NCBI GenBank assembly: GCA_030704615.1 | Contig: CM060731.1 | Span: 22,568,001-22,632,000, forward strand | Origin: Takakia lepidozioides | Taxonomy: Eukaryota; Plantae; Bryophyta | DNA length: 64,000 bases | Direction of reading: 5' to 3' | In this document: positions 25,671 to 37,319 of the stretch, in pieces | Numbering within the stretch: the first letter of the stretch is position 1 | Layout of the letters: every line of letters begins with the position of its first letter | Notes under the pieces: generated by a model | Seen by the model: the letters and a program-made list of their open reading frames with translations, nothing else | Told to the model about the DNA's origin: nothing | The model's database searches: none | Program-made: the position numbers and the translations under genes

Positions 25671-26809
25671 AAGACACTACTACACTGCAAACACTAAATG
25701 ATGGGCTGGGATTCACTTGCTTTGGAGGCTTTTTCTGTTGCACTTTGGATAATTTAGTTTTCCTTTGTTCATCTTTGAAATCTTTCTCAGGTCTGGGCTC
25801 CATTCTTAGAATCTCTGTTTCTTTCCTCCCTCATGTTTTTTTTCCATTTTGTCCCATAAGCTCTTTGAGCTTTCCGGCGGACGGTATAAAGTACCAGTTC
25901 ATTTCATTTCTTACCTTCTGAGCCAGTTGCACACAGGTCTGAGTGTCCGAGTCTGCCTTATTTTTTGGTAGCCTCCCCATTTCGTCTTTCTAACGTTTTT
26001 AGGATGCCCTGAAGCTCTCCCATGTAGGGTGCCTGGTGCCGGCCGCTCACTCCAGGAAAGCCCTGGGGTCCAAGTGCCTTTTACCCAGTGTAAAGAAACA
26101 GCAAAAATTTCTTTACATCTATATGGCTCAGATTGGATCTTAACAAGACATGAAGATAAGATAAAGATGGCATTGCAAAGATATTTAGGCAAAAACCTTG
26201 AGGAACCTTCTGCAAAAGGTGCCATCCATACAAACTAAGACATTTCTGCTGGGTCTTTCCAAGCTTTAACTATCACAGACCATAGAACAGTACCATGAGG
26301 GAGCAAGCATCTAACTACATTTGCAACAACAAAATGGATTGCGGAGCTTCTGTCCCATACTTTTTACTTGAGGAGACACTTTAAATCATATTTAAACAAG
26401 GAAAAATAACCTTGTGAAGAGCCTCAAGACGCACAGAGGGGCCCTTACAACACATACAGGATATAATCCAACAGTTGATAAGGGGCTCTGTAGGTACAAA
26501 AGTAGAATTTTTCAGGCGACACCTCCATAGTCATGGCCACCGAAGCTCTCTATCATGGGCACCTTGAACCTATTGAGCCACTTCTCTCCTTAGGAGATTG
26601 GATTTTTTTTGGTAGCCAACTTCAGCGACCCCCAATTGTTGACAGCAGGTAAGAATGAAGCACCTCCCTGAAGCTTAGGTGGTCCAGGAAATAGCACCTC
26701 CAACACAAGCCGCGAGAGGAGAGAAATGCTGCAGACAAAGCACCTGGCCACTGGGCTGCCTGCAGCTGCCTAGTCTACAATCACAGACCAGCCTCCATCT
26801 AACACGTTT

Positions 26810-29800
26810 CTACTGGCTGTTGCTGTCGTTTTTGCTATAGGTGGGTGTGTACTGATTCGGTGAAGGTGAGTAGCCTGGAGCTGATGGAGAGTAGCCACCA
26901 CTGCCACTACATGTATCCACAGATGTGTTCAGTAGAAAGAATAATCCAGCCAAAGGAACAGAAAAACCTTGGCATCTAATTATGCTGATGAACATGAGTA
27001 GTGTTGCCATAACAAGAGAAGTCCACAACTGTTCAAGAACGAGAATAATAATCCGTAACAACTTTAATCCTTCCTTAAAATTTGAAGTCTTTGCAAACAC
27101 CAGCAGCTGGCAAATAGGAGGCAATATAGTCATCGGTATCAGGGAGAGGGCAGAGTGTTCACCTGTACTGGGGAGAGGAAGGACTGTAACCTGGGCTTCC
27201 AGGTGTATATGCTGGGCTGCAATATACCAAACAGAAGACGAAGACAGTTAATTGCATATAGTTTGAATTACTCCATACTCCTGCCTAACTTCTGACTACT
27301 GACTTTCACTCCACCTTGTAGATCGACGTAAACACTGAAACCTGTTTATTCACTCATCCTACCAATGTAATATCATAATCAGTTTGCTCTCATAGCCCAG
27401 TTTGCACCACCCTAGAAGATGCAACCTAGTGCCTACCAATCATTGCCGGAAGACCAACTCAACAATGCAGCACATAGAATAAAAAGCGTGCAAGTCGAAA
27501 ACTAAAGTGCACCAGAGAATTGAGTCATTGGAAACTTCCAAGAAAGACTGCAAATGTGCAGATGAGCTCAAGTTGAAAAACAGACCTGGTCGGAGAATAG
27601 GAGGGTGAACCAGGGGTGTACGCAGGGCTAGTTGGTAAATATGAAGGAGATGATGGTGAATATGATGGTGATGTCGGGCTGCATCCGTGACATACCACTC
27701 CACCAATCATTGCAATGTCGAAATACAGTAGCCTAACTTAAACACTCAGAACATGATAAGACACAAGACTGGTCAAGACTTGATGTACAGAGGCAACATT
27801 GCGACAAAGCAACGTAGAAATGGCAAAGCAGGATGCAACTCAGCCAGTGCTGCAAGGGAGGGCTCTTAAGTTCATAACCTGCAACGTACACATTTCAGAA
27901 TACCATCCACAAGTACACCATACAATAAATTATTAGTGGAAAGCTTCTTCACCGAAGATAAATTTGCACACCCAAAATAAATGGAAGAGGAAATGTCTTA
28001 CCTGTAACTAGGTGACGTTGGGCTATATGATGGACTTGAAGGGGAGTATCGAGGACTGCTGGGGGAATATGCAGGGGATGTTGGACTGTAGCTCGGTGAC
28101 GTAGGACTGTAACTTGGCGAAGTAGGGCTGTAACTAGGAGAGGTTGGAGAATACCCAGGTGATGTAGGGCTATAACTAGGAGATGTGGGGCTATAGCTGG
28201 GCGAGGTTGGGCTATAAGCTGGGGATGATGGAGCATATGAGGGAGATGTTGGACTGTAAGCAGGGGAGCTTGGGCTGTATGCTGGGGACGTCGGACTGTA
28301 ACTTGGGGAGGTCGGACTGTAGCTTGGGGAGGTTGGACTGTAGCTTGGGGAGGTTGGACTGTAACTAGGTGAGGTTGGAGCATAGCTTGGTGAGGTGGGA
28401 GAATAAGATGGGCTCGTGGGAGAGTACCCTGGTGAAGTAGGACTGTACCCAGGGGAGGTAGGACTATAGGAAGGTGAGGTGGGACTATAGCCAGGAGATG
28501 TTGGGCTGTAGCCAGGAGATGTTGGACTGTAACCAGGAGATGTTGGGCTGTAGCCGGGAGAGGTAGGACTGTAGCCAGGGGAGGATGGGCTATAGCTGGG
28601 GGAGGATGGAGAGAAGGGCATGCTTCCCACATAGGGAGAAAATTGGGCTTCTGAGAGAGGGGAGGCTCGGATACTCGGGCTAAGCAAATAGCTTGGAGAC
28701 ATCATCCCCTCGTGATGGGGGGTGCCCATCATGGGAGATCGTGCTGGCGTCATGCCGAAGTCTGTTGCTTCCATATAACTGGGTAGCTGTAGTTCAATCG
28801 CATGTTGCAGCATCTGCTCATTTAGGTGCAGTGCAAAATCGCCAGTACCAATGGGTGCCAGCTGACCTAGCATAATATTCTCAGTGACTCCTCGCAGGTG
28901 GTCTGCCTCTGCATACACAGCAGCATCCAGCAGAATGTCCACGGTCTCTTCAAAGGAGCAGCGCATCATCGGGCCTGTATCATTCCTGTTGATGCCATGA
29001 CGGGTGATGGCCATGAGATGACCACGGTATGTCATGACATCACAGAGGATGGCAAGGTGCCTGTAGTTCACATACGAGCCATCAAAGGAAATCACATCAC
29101 GAAGCTCTTTCAGCAGGGCACTTCGGACTGCTTCAATGCCCAGGACCTCAATGACCTCAATCAAATGATTGCTGGTAGTTCGTGTTGCATCTACATCCTC
29201 GTGACACATCACTGCGAGCATGTTCACACCCTCCGTGTCGAGCATCCACTCCTTCTCAGGCTCAAACCCACTGACCTCGTCAAAGCGGTTCTTCTTCTCT
29301 TCTTTTATGAAGACCTTCCGAATATCAGGTATGCCACGAAGGGCCATCTCTGTGAGCATGTTGCTCTCAATCTTTTTCAAGAACACATCATCCTCTGACT
29401 GCTCAGGAACGTCGCCCTTGGGGGCCTCGTCATTCATAATCCGAATGCGAAGTATGAGTTTCTCTGCATTGTCATCATTGAAAATACATGTCAAATCGTC
29501 ATCAAACTCCAAGTTGATTTTCTCAGCAATATCTGCCATGCTCAGCTTCTTATCCACCATCATCTCACGGTTGAGCTCAATACGCAGCAACCATGGGGAG
29601 ATCTTCTCAGGAGCGACATCTTCATCAGGCATTTCGTAGTAAGAGCGCACAAATTCCACATCCTCGTCAATGAGGGTGCTCATCGGCTCTGGGTCGTACC
29701 AAATCTCTGTTGCCTGCACAAATGACTCTAATTCTCAGAGAGAGAGAAATTCGGTGATACCCCCCCCACCTAACATGTCAATTCTCTAAGTAAGGACATT

Positions 29801-32800
29801 TTCAGGCCTTAAAGTTGCTTCGCAGCAAAGTCCCCAAGGCAACCTTGAGAACTATACTGCCCAGAACATGCAAAGCAGTAAGGATATTTCATACACTTCA
29901 AGCCTCCTGGAATCAGAGGTCTCTTGCAACTGTCTCAGGCCTGCAGTGGGCACATGTTTGACAATTTTATATGCATGTAAGAGGTTACTGCTGTAATGTC
30001 AAGACAGGATATGACTGCTACATACATACAAAATCAGTCAATGACATTGTCTGCCTGGAACAGGCCCCATCATACTCAAAAACCCTTTTTTCATTTTCAG
30101 CTTACCTCTAGTCGAGTTGCGTGGGTGGGTTGGTGGGGAAGAAAGTAAGTCCCGTTTAGTTCCCACAACCAAACAAGTCAAACACCACCTTGATGGTCCA
30201 ACACTAGATAAACAAGACTACCACATCAGATGATACACAAGCCAACGCCAAAGCCGCTGAATGCATGCATTTCAGAGGAAACAAGGAAAAAAGTGAGAGA
30301 CAATCGCCAAAACTACAGTGTCCAATTACCTGAGTCACAGATCGCAGTGTAGTATACTCCAGTGCACATTGCACATTCTTGGCCTTCTCCTTCTCCTTAT
30401 TTACTCCAGGTTTCAAATACACCGACAGCGATGGTGTCTTTGTCTTCTTTGCAACATTGATGATTTCACGCAGGCGAGGCACACCCAGGGTCACATTCTT
30501 CGCACTAACTCCAGCATAGTGAAATGTGTTGAGAGTCATTTGTGTCGCTGGTTCTCCAATAGATTGGGCAGCCACACATCCTATCATCTCACCAGGAGCC
30601 ACAAGGGACTGCAAAAAGCGAGTCTCTATCTCACCTATCACCCACTCAAATGCCTCTTTGGTGAGGCGGTAATCCTTGAGCACACGCTTGCTGGCCAGTG
30701 TGCTGCGCAACAGACAACCAAAGAAAAGTGTTGCATTCCTTTGGGCTTCCATGGAGATGTGATCGTCCCCAGGCACCACTTTTAGACGCTCTTGCAGCTT
30801 GTCAACAGCCTCAACAATCTCCATTGGATGCATGTCTGAGGGCTTCCTAAAATCCACTTTGAAGATCTTCTGCGCATTCCAAATTAACCGCTTCAGATTA
30901 ACAGGAAGAGGCCAATTGGCTTCCCCAGTTGGAGCGATTTCAGTACCCATTTGACGCCGATCTGTCTCCAGCTTTGACACCTCTGCATCAAACACATTCC
31001 GAATCTCCTGAATGGTTTTTATGTCCTCAGCTGCCTCCATTGACATGTAATCAGGAGCCCAATCATCTTTGTCAATCTCAAACTTATACACCTTTTCAAA
31101 CTCCCTCTTTTTCATCTTCAAGGAGTCAAGCTTCTGAGACTCAATCCAGACAGAATCCATTCCGTCCTCCCCATAAAGGAACTGAATGACATCTCCCAGG
31201 GAGTTCCGTACAGTTCCATCATATTTGACCATGACATCCTCCATAGCCTTCACTAGCCGCCTTTGGATATAACCAGTCTCTGATGTTTTTACAGCAGTAT
31301 CAATCAGACCTTCCCGCCCTCCCATGGCATGAAAGAAGAACTCCTGTGGGGTGAGGCCTCTGAGGTACGAGTTTTCCACAAACCCGCGACTCTCAGGCCC
31401 ATTGTCATCCTTGGTGAAATGTGGCAGTGTGCGGTCAACAAATCCATAAGGAATTCGCTTGCCTTCTACATTCTGTTGGCCCACACAAGCAGTCATCTGT
31501 GATATGTTGATGAAGGAACCCTTTGACCCTGCTGTCACCATAGCCTTCAGGTTATTACTTTCTGAAAGGCTGCGCTGTGCACTATTTCCAGCCTCATCAC
31601 GTGCTTTATTCAGCACCTGCCACAGCATACATTTGTCGGCGATTAAAGTCACTCATTGTTTCTCCTCGATACATGCAATCCCCACCAATAAACGGAAAGG
31701 AAGAGGCGTGCTAGACTCAACTCACAGAAAAGATGTATAGTATCAACAACCCAGGAAGGCAATGGTCTTAAAACACACCCCATTAACACGATTCTCAAAT
31801 GACTCCTGGATGGTGCGGCCAGGCTGCGCCTCAAGAAGCTTGTCACGTGCCAGCTTGATAAGATCTTTCACATCATTCTTTGCCTTTGTAATAGTCTCAT
31901 TAATCTTCTCCATGGTTGCTGCATCCGCAATAGTATCCCCAATTCCAATGCTAAACCCTTGCTGCAGTAGCCAGTAGTTCACTAGCCACTGGGTGTGCCC
32001 CAGGAACTTTCGGGCTGCATCAGGCCCAACCTCCTCCCTGTATCCATGTACAAGTAAGAGTCACGCCAGCATGAGCGGCAGCATTAAACTCGCTTCCAAA
32101 GCTTTGCTACTACATGAGGGAGTTAGATCACATGAACAAACAGAGCGAGACCTAACACCTTATCATCAACCCTTACCAAATGACATGGATGAGACTGCCT
32201 CCAGAAGTGCCCAATGTCTTCTTGCAAAGAGTGCCAGCCACCAGTTCCCCCTTCTCAATGCGTACGACAGTGTCTCCAGGAGAAATGTCGCCTGTCTCTT
32301 CGTCAGGGTGCCACATCGCCTGCCGCATGAGATTGATTTGCTTTGGGATGATAAGACCAAAGATTTGCTTGCCCGTCCACAGCGGCCGTGGTTTCAAAAT
32401 TGTGGGAATTGGAATCTTGCCATCGAAATCCTCCCACCACATCAAAATATTCATAAACACGTCCTGTATCCCCCAAATACAATCACATCAAATTTGATCC
32501 AAATATTAGGAAGTACCAAGCGATATGGCAATGTGCAAACAAGGTTATTGAGTGGCCCTTCACCATCTGACTTGAGCTACTAGACATCAGGAAAGCAATA
32601 TGTTAAACATCAGGAAAGCAATATGCATGCACAACTACATTGACAATGGCCCTGCTAAGGCTAATGTACATCCACAGGAGCTGTCAGAGAGAATTCTCAA
32701 GTTTTTAAGATTATACCTTCTCAATGAATGTGTCCCTCTTTGTGACTTTCCGGCACCCTAAAAGAGTGTCCTGCACAATCCCAATCACAGGACGATTGGA

Positions 32801-35800
32801 TTGAGGAGAGACAATGCACTTAGGAACCATCATAAGCTCCAGCACCTCTGCGCGCGTCTCGAACGACTGTGGGACATGCATGTTCATTTCATCCCCATCA
32901 AAATCAGCATTGTACGGCGTTGTGACCGACAGGTTCAACCGGAATGTGGAGTAAGGCATGATACGGATTCGGTGGCCCATGATTGACATCTTGTGGAGAC
33001 TTGGCTGCCGATTGAAGAGCACGAAATCACCATCAATCATATGCCTTTCCACCTGCAGAATGTACAGCAGTTCATTAGTGTCTTGGAGTCAAGTTGTGCA
33101 ACCTGTATATCTTTGTCAGTAGGTTGAGATAATCAATCTGAGAATCTACCAAAGAAGAGGTCCGTTGGGCATAACCTAATCACTGCGGTGCATAAGACTG
33201 ACTCTGTACCAGTGAGGAACCCTTCTCCTTACCATCAAAAGAACTCCTGCCGAACATAAAAATTTGTTCCCAAGGAAAACCAGGCAGCAGACAAGTCTAG
33301 TTGTAGCCGACAAGCTGCTGCTGACAATTGTGATGCAATCTATAAAACAAAACTATACCTTATATCCAAGCTCCAAATGACGATCACTGCTCTTCTTCAA
33401 GAATCGAAGGTCCAATCTTTGTCCATCCTCTCTGATAATATATTTTGCCCCTGTCTTTCCTGGGGGGGGATGTGGGCCATATTCAACTAATTCTTTCAGC
33501 CTGTGCCACCCAACAACACCACCACTTAGCCACACCAGATGAAGCCTCAAACTCTTGCCAGTCTCTCCTAAACAACTCTGTGCTAACTGACAACTAGTCC
33601 AGTATTCCAAACTTCATGGTAGCGATGTCAGCAAACCTTTCAATGTTGTAAGGAGTCACGGTCTCTGGGTACGTCAAGTTAAGTGCAATACTCCATGGCA
33701 CTCCCAGTTCATCAATGTTGATGTTGGGGTCAGGAGTGATCACCGTTCGTGCGGAGAAATCAACACGCTTTCCCATTAGGTTACCACGGATGCGCCCTTC
33801 TTTCGCTTTCAAGCGCTGGCATATTGACTTGATGGGGCGCCCCGACCTTTGGGTTGCCTTGTTTTCCCATCAAACAATAAGCACTTTAATTAAGATAGAT
33901 CTTACTAGTAGGGGGTGCAACATTCAGCACCGAACCATGCATTCAAAACCCACAAGACCCACTGAGTGAGCTTAGTTACTTTGTGCTATTTTGACAATCT
34001 CTCCCTACAAAAAATCCTCATTGACTAATTTACTCTTTGCAAAGAGTCCCTCTGGATTTGAAGTAGTCAATGCCCACTATCATTTGACAAACTTTTCTAC
34101 ATCTCGCAAACCTCCAAAAGCACTCAGATAAGATCAGCCATGATATGAGCACCATAATTTGAACATCTAAGGGTCAAATCACCACCCTATGAAGGATGGT
34201 TAGATGAAAAGCATTAGGTTGATTGGGTGGAATGGAGGAAGACACTTTAACCACAGCTGACAGACCTATTTCAAATGCTCAATGCATGAAATAAGCAACA
34301 GGAAATGGGGAGGTAGGCACCCTTGGCTGGCCTGGCAGGTCGTTATCAAAGTATGTTGCTATGTGGAACTGCAGCAGTTGGGCAAACTCATTAATGATGT
34401 GCGTAGGGGCCCCATTTTGCTCTTGCCGCTTCAGATTGTTGTTGTGGCGAATAATCATAGCCAACTGATGTGTCAAGTCATCCTGACAGACGCCCGAGAG
34501 GACGAGTCAAAAACCCCAGATTAAAGATAACTGTGGATCGGGTAACAGGGATCTCTCACAGCAGTGTTGTTTCAACCATATGTTATCACTACCCAGCAAA
34601 TAGTACCATTCCAGTGCCTGCCAACACCACCACGCTACAAAAGAATTCAACCTAGGGTTCAGCACTAGAAAACTTCTGCATGGACCTATGTTGAGGCTCT
34701 CCTCAGACAAAAAAAAAGACTGCACCCAGTGGTCACTGCAGGGGAGTCCAAATATACACCCTGGTGGAAGTCAAACCTGTCAAATACAGCTCACAAAATG
34801 AATATTGCAACCAGTGTGTGATCAACTATCAGTCTTCACATTTATCAAAAAAAGAACGTGGTGTACAGAGAGAGGAAAACCCTCACCTCACTCCGAGCTG
34901 AGCTGTCCATCATGACAGAGGGTCTCACAGGGGGTGGTGGAATAGGGAGTGCTTGCAGTATCAACCAATCTGGTCGTGCATATTTGGGGTTGAGTCCCAA
35001 CATAATGCAGTCAGCATCACTGATTCTCTTGAGTATGTTCAGCACCTGAGCAAGTGGTTTCACACAAAGCTTAGCAAAGCATTCAGGGGGAATGTGAATG
35101 GGAGAAAAAGAGTATCCTTAACCGCCCATGGACAAGGCTAAACAAACAAACTGTTCGACACTTTCATCCTCCAAATTTCTAGCAATAGCTTAAAACCCTA
35201 TTTCTGGATGGTTAGTGACAACTCCCCACAAAGGGCAGCCCACTGCATAGCACATCCTATGACGGATACTTCTTTTTCAACCACCTACCAATTAGAAGTG
35301 TTTGATTTTCCTCATAAGGAAAGTTTCACCCCTTCATTTGTTGGGAGAACTCCAACAAGAACAGTACCTTCTCAGCACTTAGCTGCTGCTTGCGTTCAAC
35401 AGGTTCTGGCATATATTGATCCTGCTCATCTGCCTTCTTGCGGTTGGGCTTGAACTCTGCTACAAGTTTCATGCCATCAATTGTGATTTTCGGCTGCTGT
35501 GCCCCACAACCTCCATGCGATTTTTTCTTCTCACTGTCATCCTCGCCATAGTGTCCATCCTTCTCATCAATCTCGTCGCCTGCCTCACATTTAGCCTTGC
35601 TCTTACAGCACTCCAGCACCTTCTTCAACCTCTGCTTTGGATTGCGAACTTTCTTTGCTTGCTTGAATCGGTGGTCCTCCTGCTTGCAACATAATACAAA
35701 TTAACCTATATCTGTGTACAGAGGAAAATGATTGAAACAAAAGAGAAGACCCTTCTCTGGCTTCCTCTAGGCATCGCATAAGCAACCACAAGTGAGGGAA

Positions 35801-36334
35801 AATTGCAATTTGAAGATAAGAAGTCAAACCTCATCAGCAAGAATTCGAGAACAATTGTAGCAAACACAGCGCATGATGGATAGGACTGTCTTCAGGAAGC
35901 CAATGTGAAACATGGGCTTTGCGAGTTCTAGATGCCCGAAGTGGCCGGGGCACTCTGCCATGCTGCCCGCACAGGTCTCACACTTGATGTGACGGTCAAT
36001 TGTGCCCAGCCGGGGGTCACTCAGACCCCCCATCTTCGGCTTGCCTCTGTCATAAGTCTCACTGCTCTCAATTTTGCACACTGACATTTGCCGCTGTTCC
36101 CACCACCCATAGCAATCCCTTGTCAGCCCGGACCAAATACTCATTACTATCCTCGGTGGGTAATGACGCAGTAACACTAGAAAAGAGCTCGCCTGCTGAA
36201 AGAACGCTACCTGGAAGGAAGATGAACAGTTTGAGGGGCAAGACGCTCACAATTGCATCAGGGCTTAGGATTCCAAACTGGACCGTCTTCACCCGGGCCA
36301 GGTCGGCAGGAGAGTACGAAAAGCGCTGGTCCAT
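26810..36334 (-). CDS. NRPB1: DNA-directed RNA polymerase II largest subunit
   Basis: Multi-exon gene beginning [25 protein letters not shown], with zinc-binding [24 protein letters not shown], catalytic NADFDGD, bridge helix [19 protein letters not shown], trigger loop and YSPTSPS CTD. Confidence 0.98.
28002..28615 (-). repeat. Pol II CTD heptad repeat (21 bp units), ~28 heptads in this exon
   Basis: YSPTSP(S/G/A) tandem in ORF 27998-29719. Further heptads lie in exons 27586-27678, 27163-27216 and 26810-26906. Confidence 0.97.
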
Positions 36335-36504
36335 GGCGGGCGCTCTCTATTACCACAGCTCACCTCATTGCTGCACACACAACTTAAAAGAATCCAAAGA
36401 GCTCTGAATCCGAAGAGCTCTGATCGAGAGAGAGAGAGAGAAGAGAGAGGACTGAATGCGTGGGAGACAAGCTGAGAATGGGGTGATGTAGTGGTTTAGG
36501 GCAC

Positions 36505-36694
36505 ACTCACGAGCGTTTGCTCTGGATGAATGATGGATGCAATTTGTTTTTCATCCTCGTATGTTTCTGTAGCACCATCCCTTCTGTCTTCTCTCTCACT
36601 CACACGCGTTTGCTCTGGATGAATGATGGATGCAAATTGTTTTTCATCCTCTTATGTTGCTGTAGCACCATCCCGTTCGGTCTCTTCTCTCACT
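36505..36694. repeat. Tandem duplication (2 x ~93 bp) upstream of NRPB1
   Basis: GCGTTTGCTCTGGATGAATGATGGATGCAA.TTGTTTTTCATCCTC...TGTAGCACCATCCC occurs twice. Confidence 0.85.
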
Positions 36695-37319
36695 CAAGAC
36701 CCTTTTCTCCCCTTCCTCTCTATCTCTTCTACTCTCAAAATCGGAGCAGAAGGCTGTGGCCACAAGGTCATGAGCACATTCTCGCAATTCTATCTCTCCC
36801 TTTCTCAGGAAACATTCTTCTGAGAAATGGGATGCAACTCACAATCTTGTCTCAACTAGGCTTGTCATGGCCATTGCAGCGCTATCACTGCCCACACAAC
36901 ATACCCATCGCTCTACATCGGAGCCCAGCCCACAGAATGAAGGGGAAGGCAACGCTTCGAGCCCTAGTCGTTGAAGCAATTTTTAAGTATCATATCCTTA
37001 CAAGGGGGGACACATTATTCCCATCCAAAAGACAGTCCCATATCGGTTGCCTTCTGTTTGTAAACCCCTTGGAGTACATCCAAGGGGTTTATATATATGC
37101 CAAAAGGGAAGAGGCTCTCATCTGTCTCTCCATATACAGTAAAAATATTTGTCTAAAAGGGACTTTCGAACTTTCTAACTTTCTTTCAATCTAACTGTCT
37201 AATTCTTGAGTGTAATACAGTTGGCTGGCAAGTAAAGTCGCCACTCTCAATGTGTGGACACAGTTTGTATTTTGCAAGCCATGTTTGCACCCGGTTGTCA
37301 ACCTCCTTTCAGCTGTGCC

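Noticed and set aside
27949-28632. 227 aa Pro/His-rich repetitive ORF
   Set aside because: Alternative frame of the CTD heptad repeat.
36517-37194. 225 aa plus-strand ORF between NRPB1 and PPR-B
   Set aside because: Starts at TTG, is built partly from the tandem duplication and has no recognisable motif.
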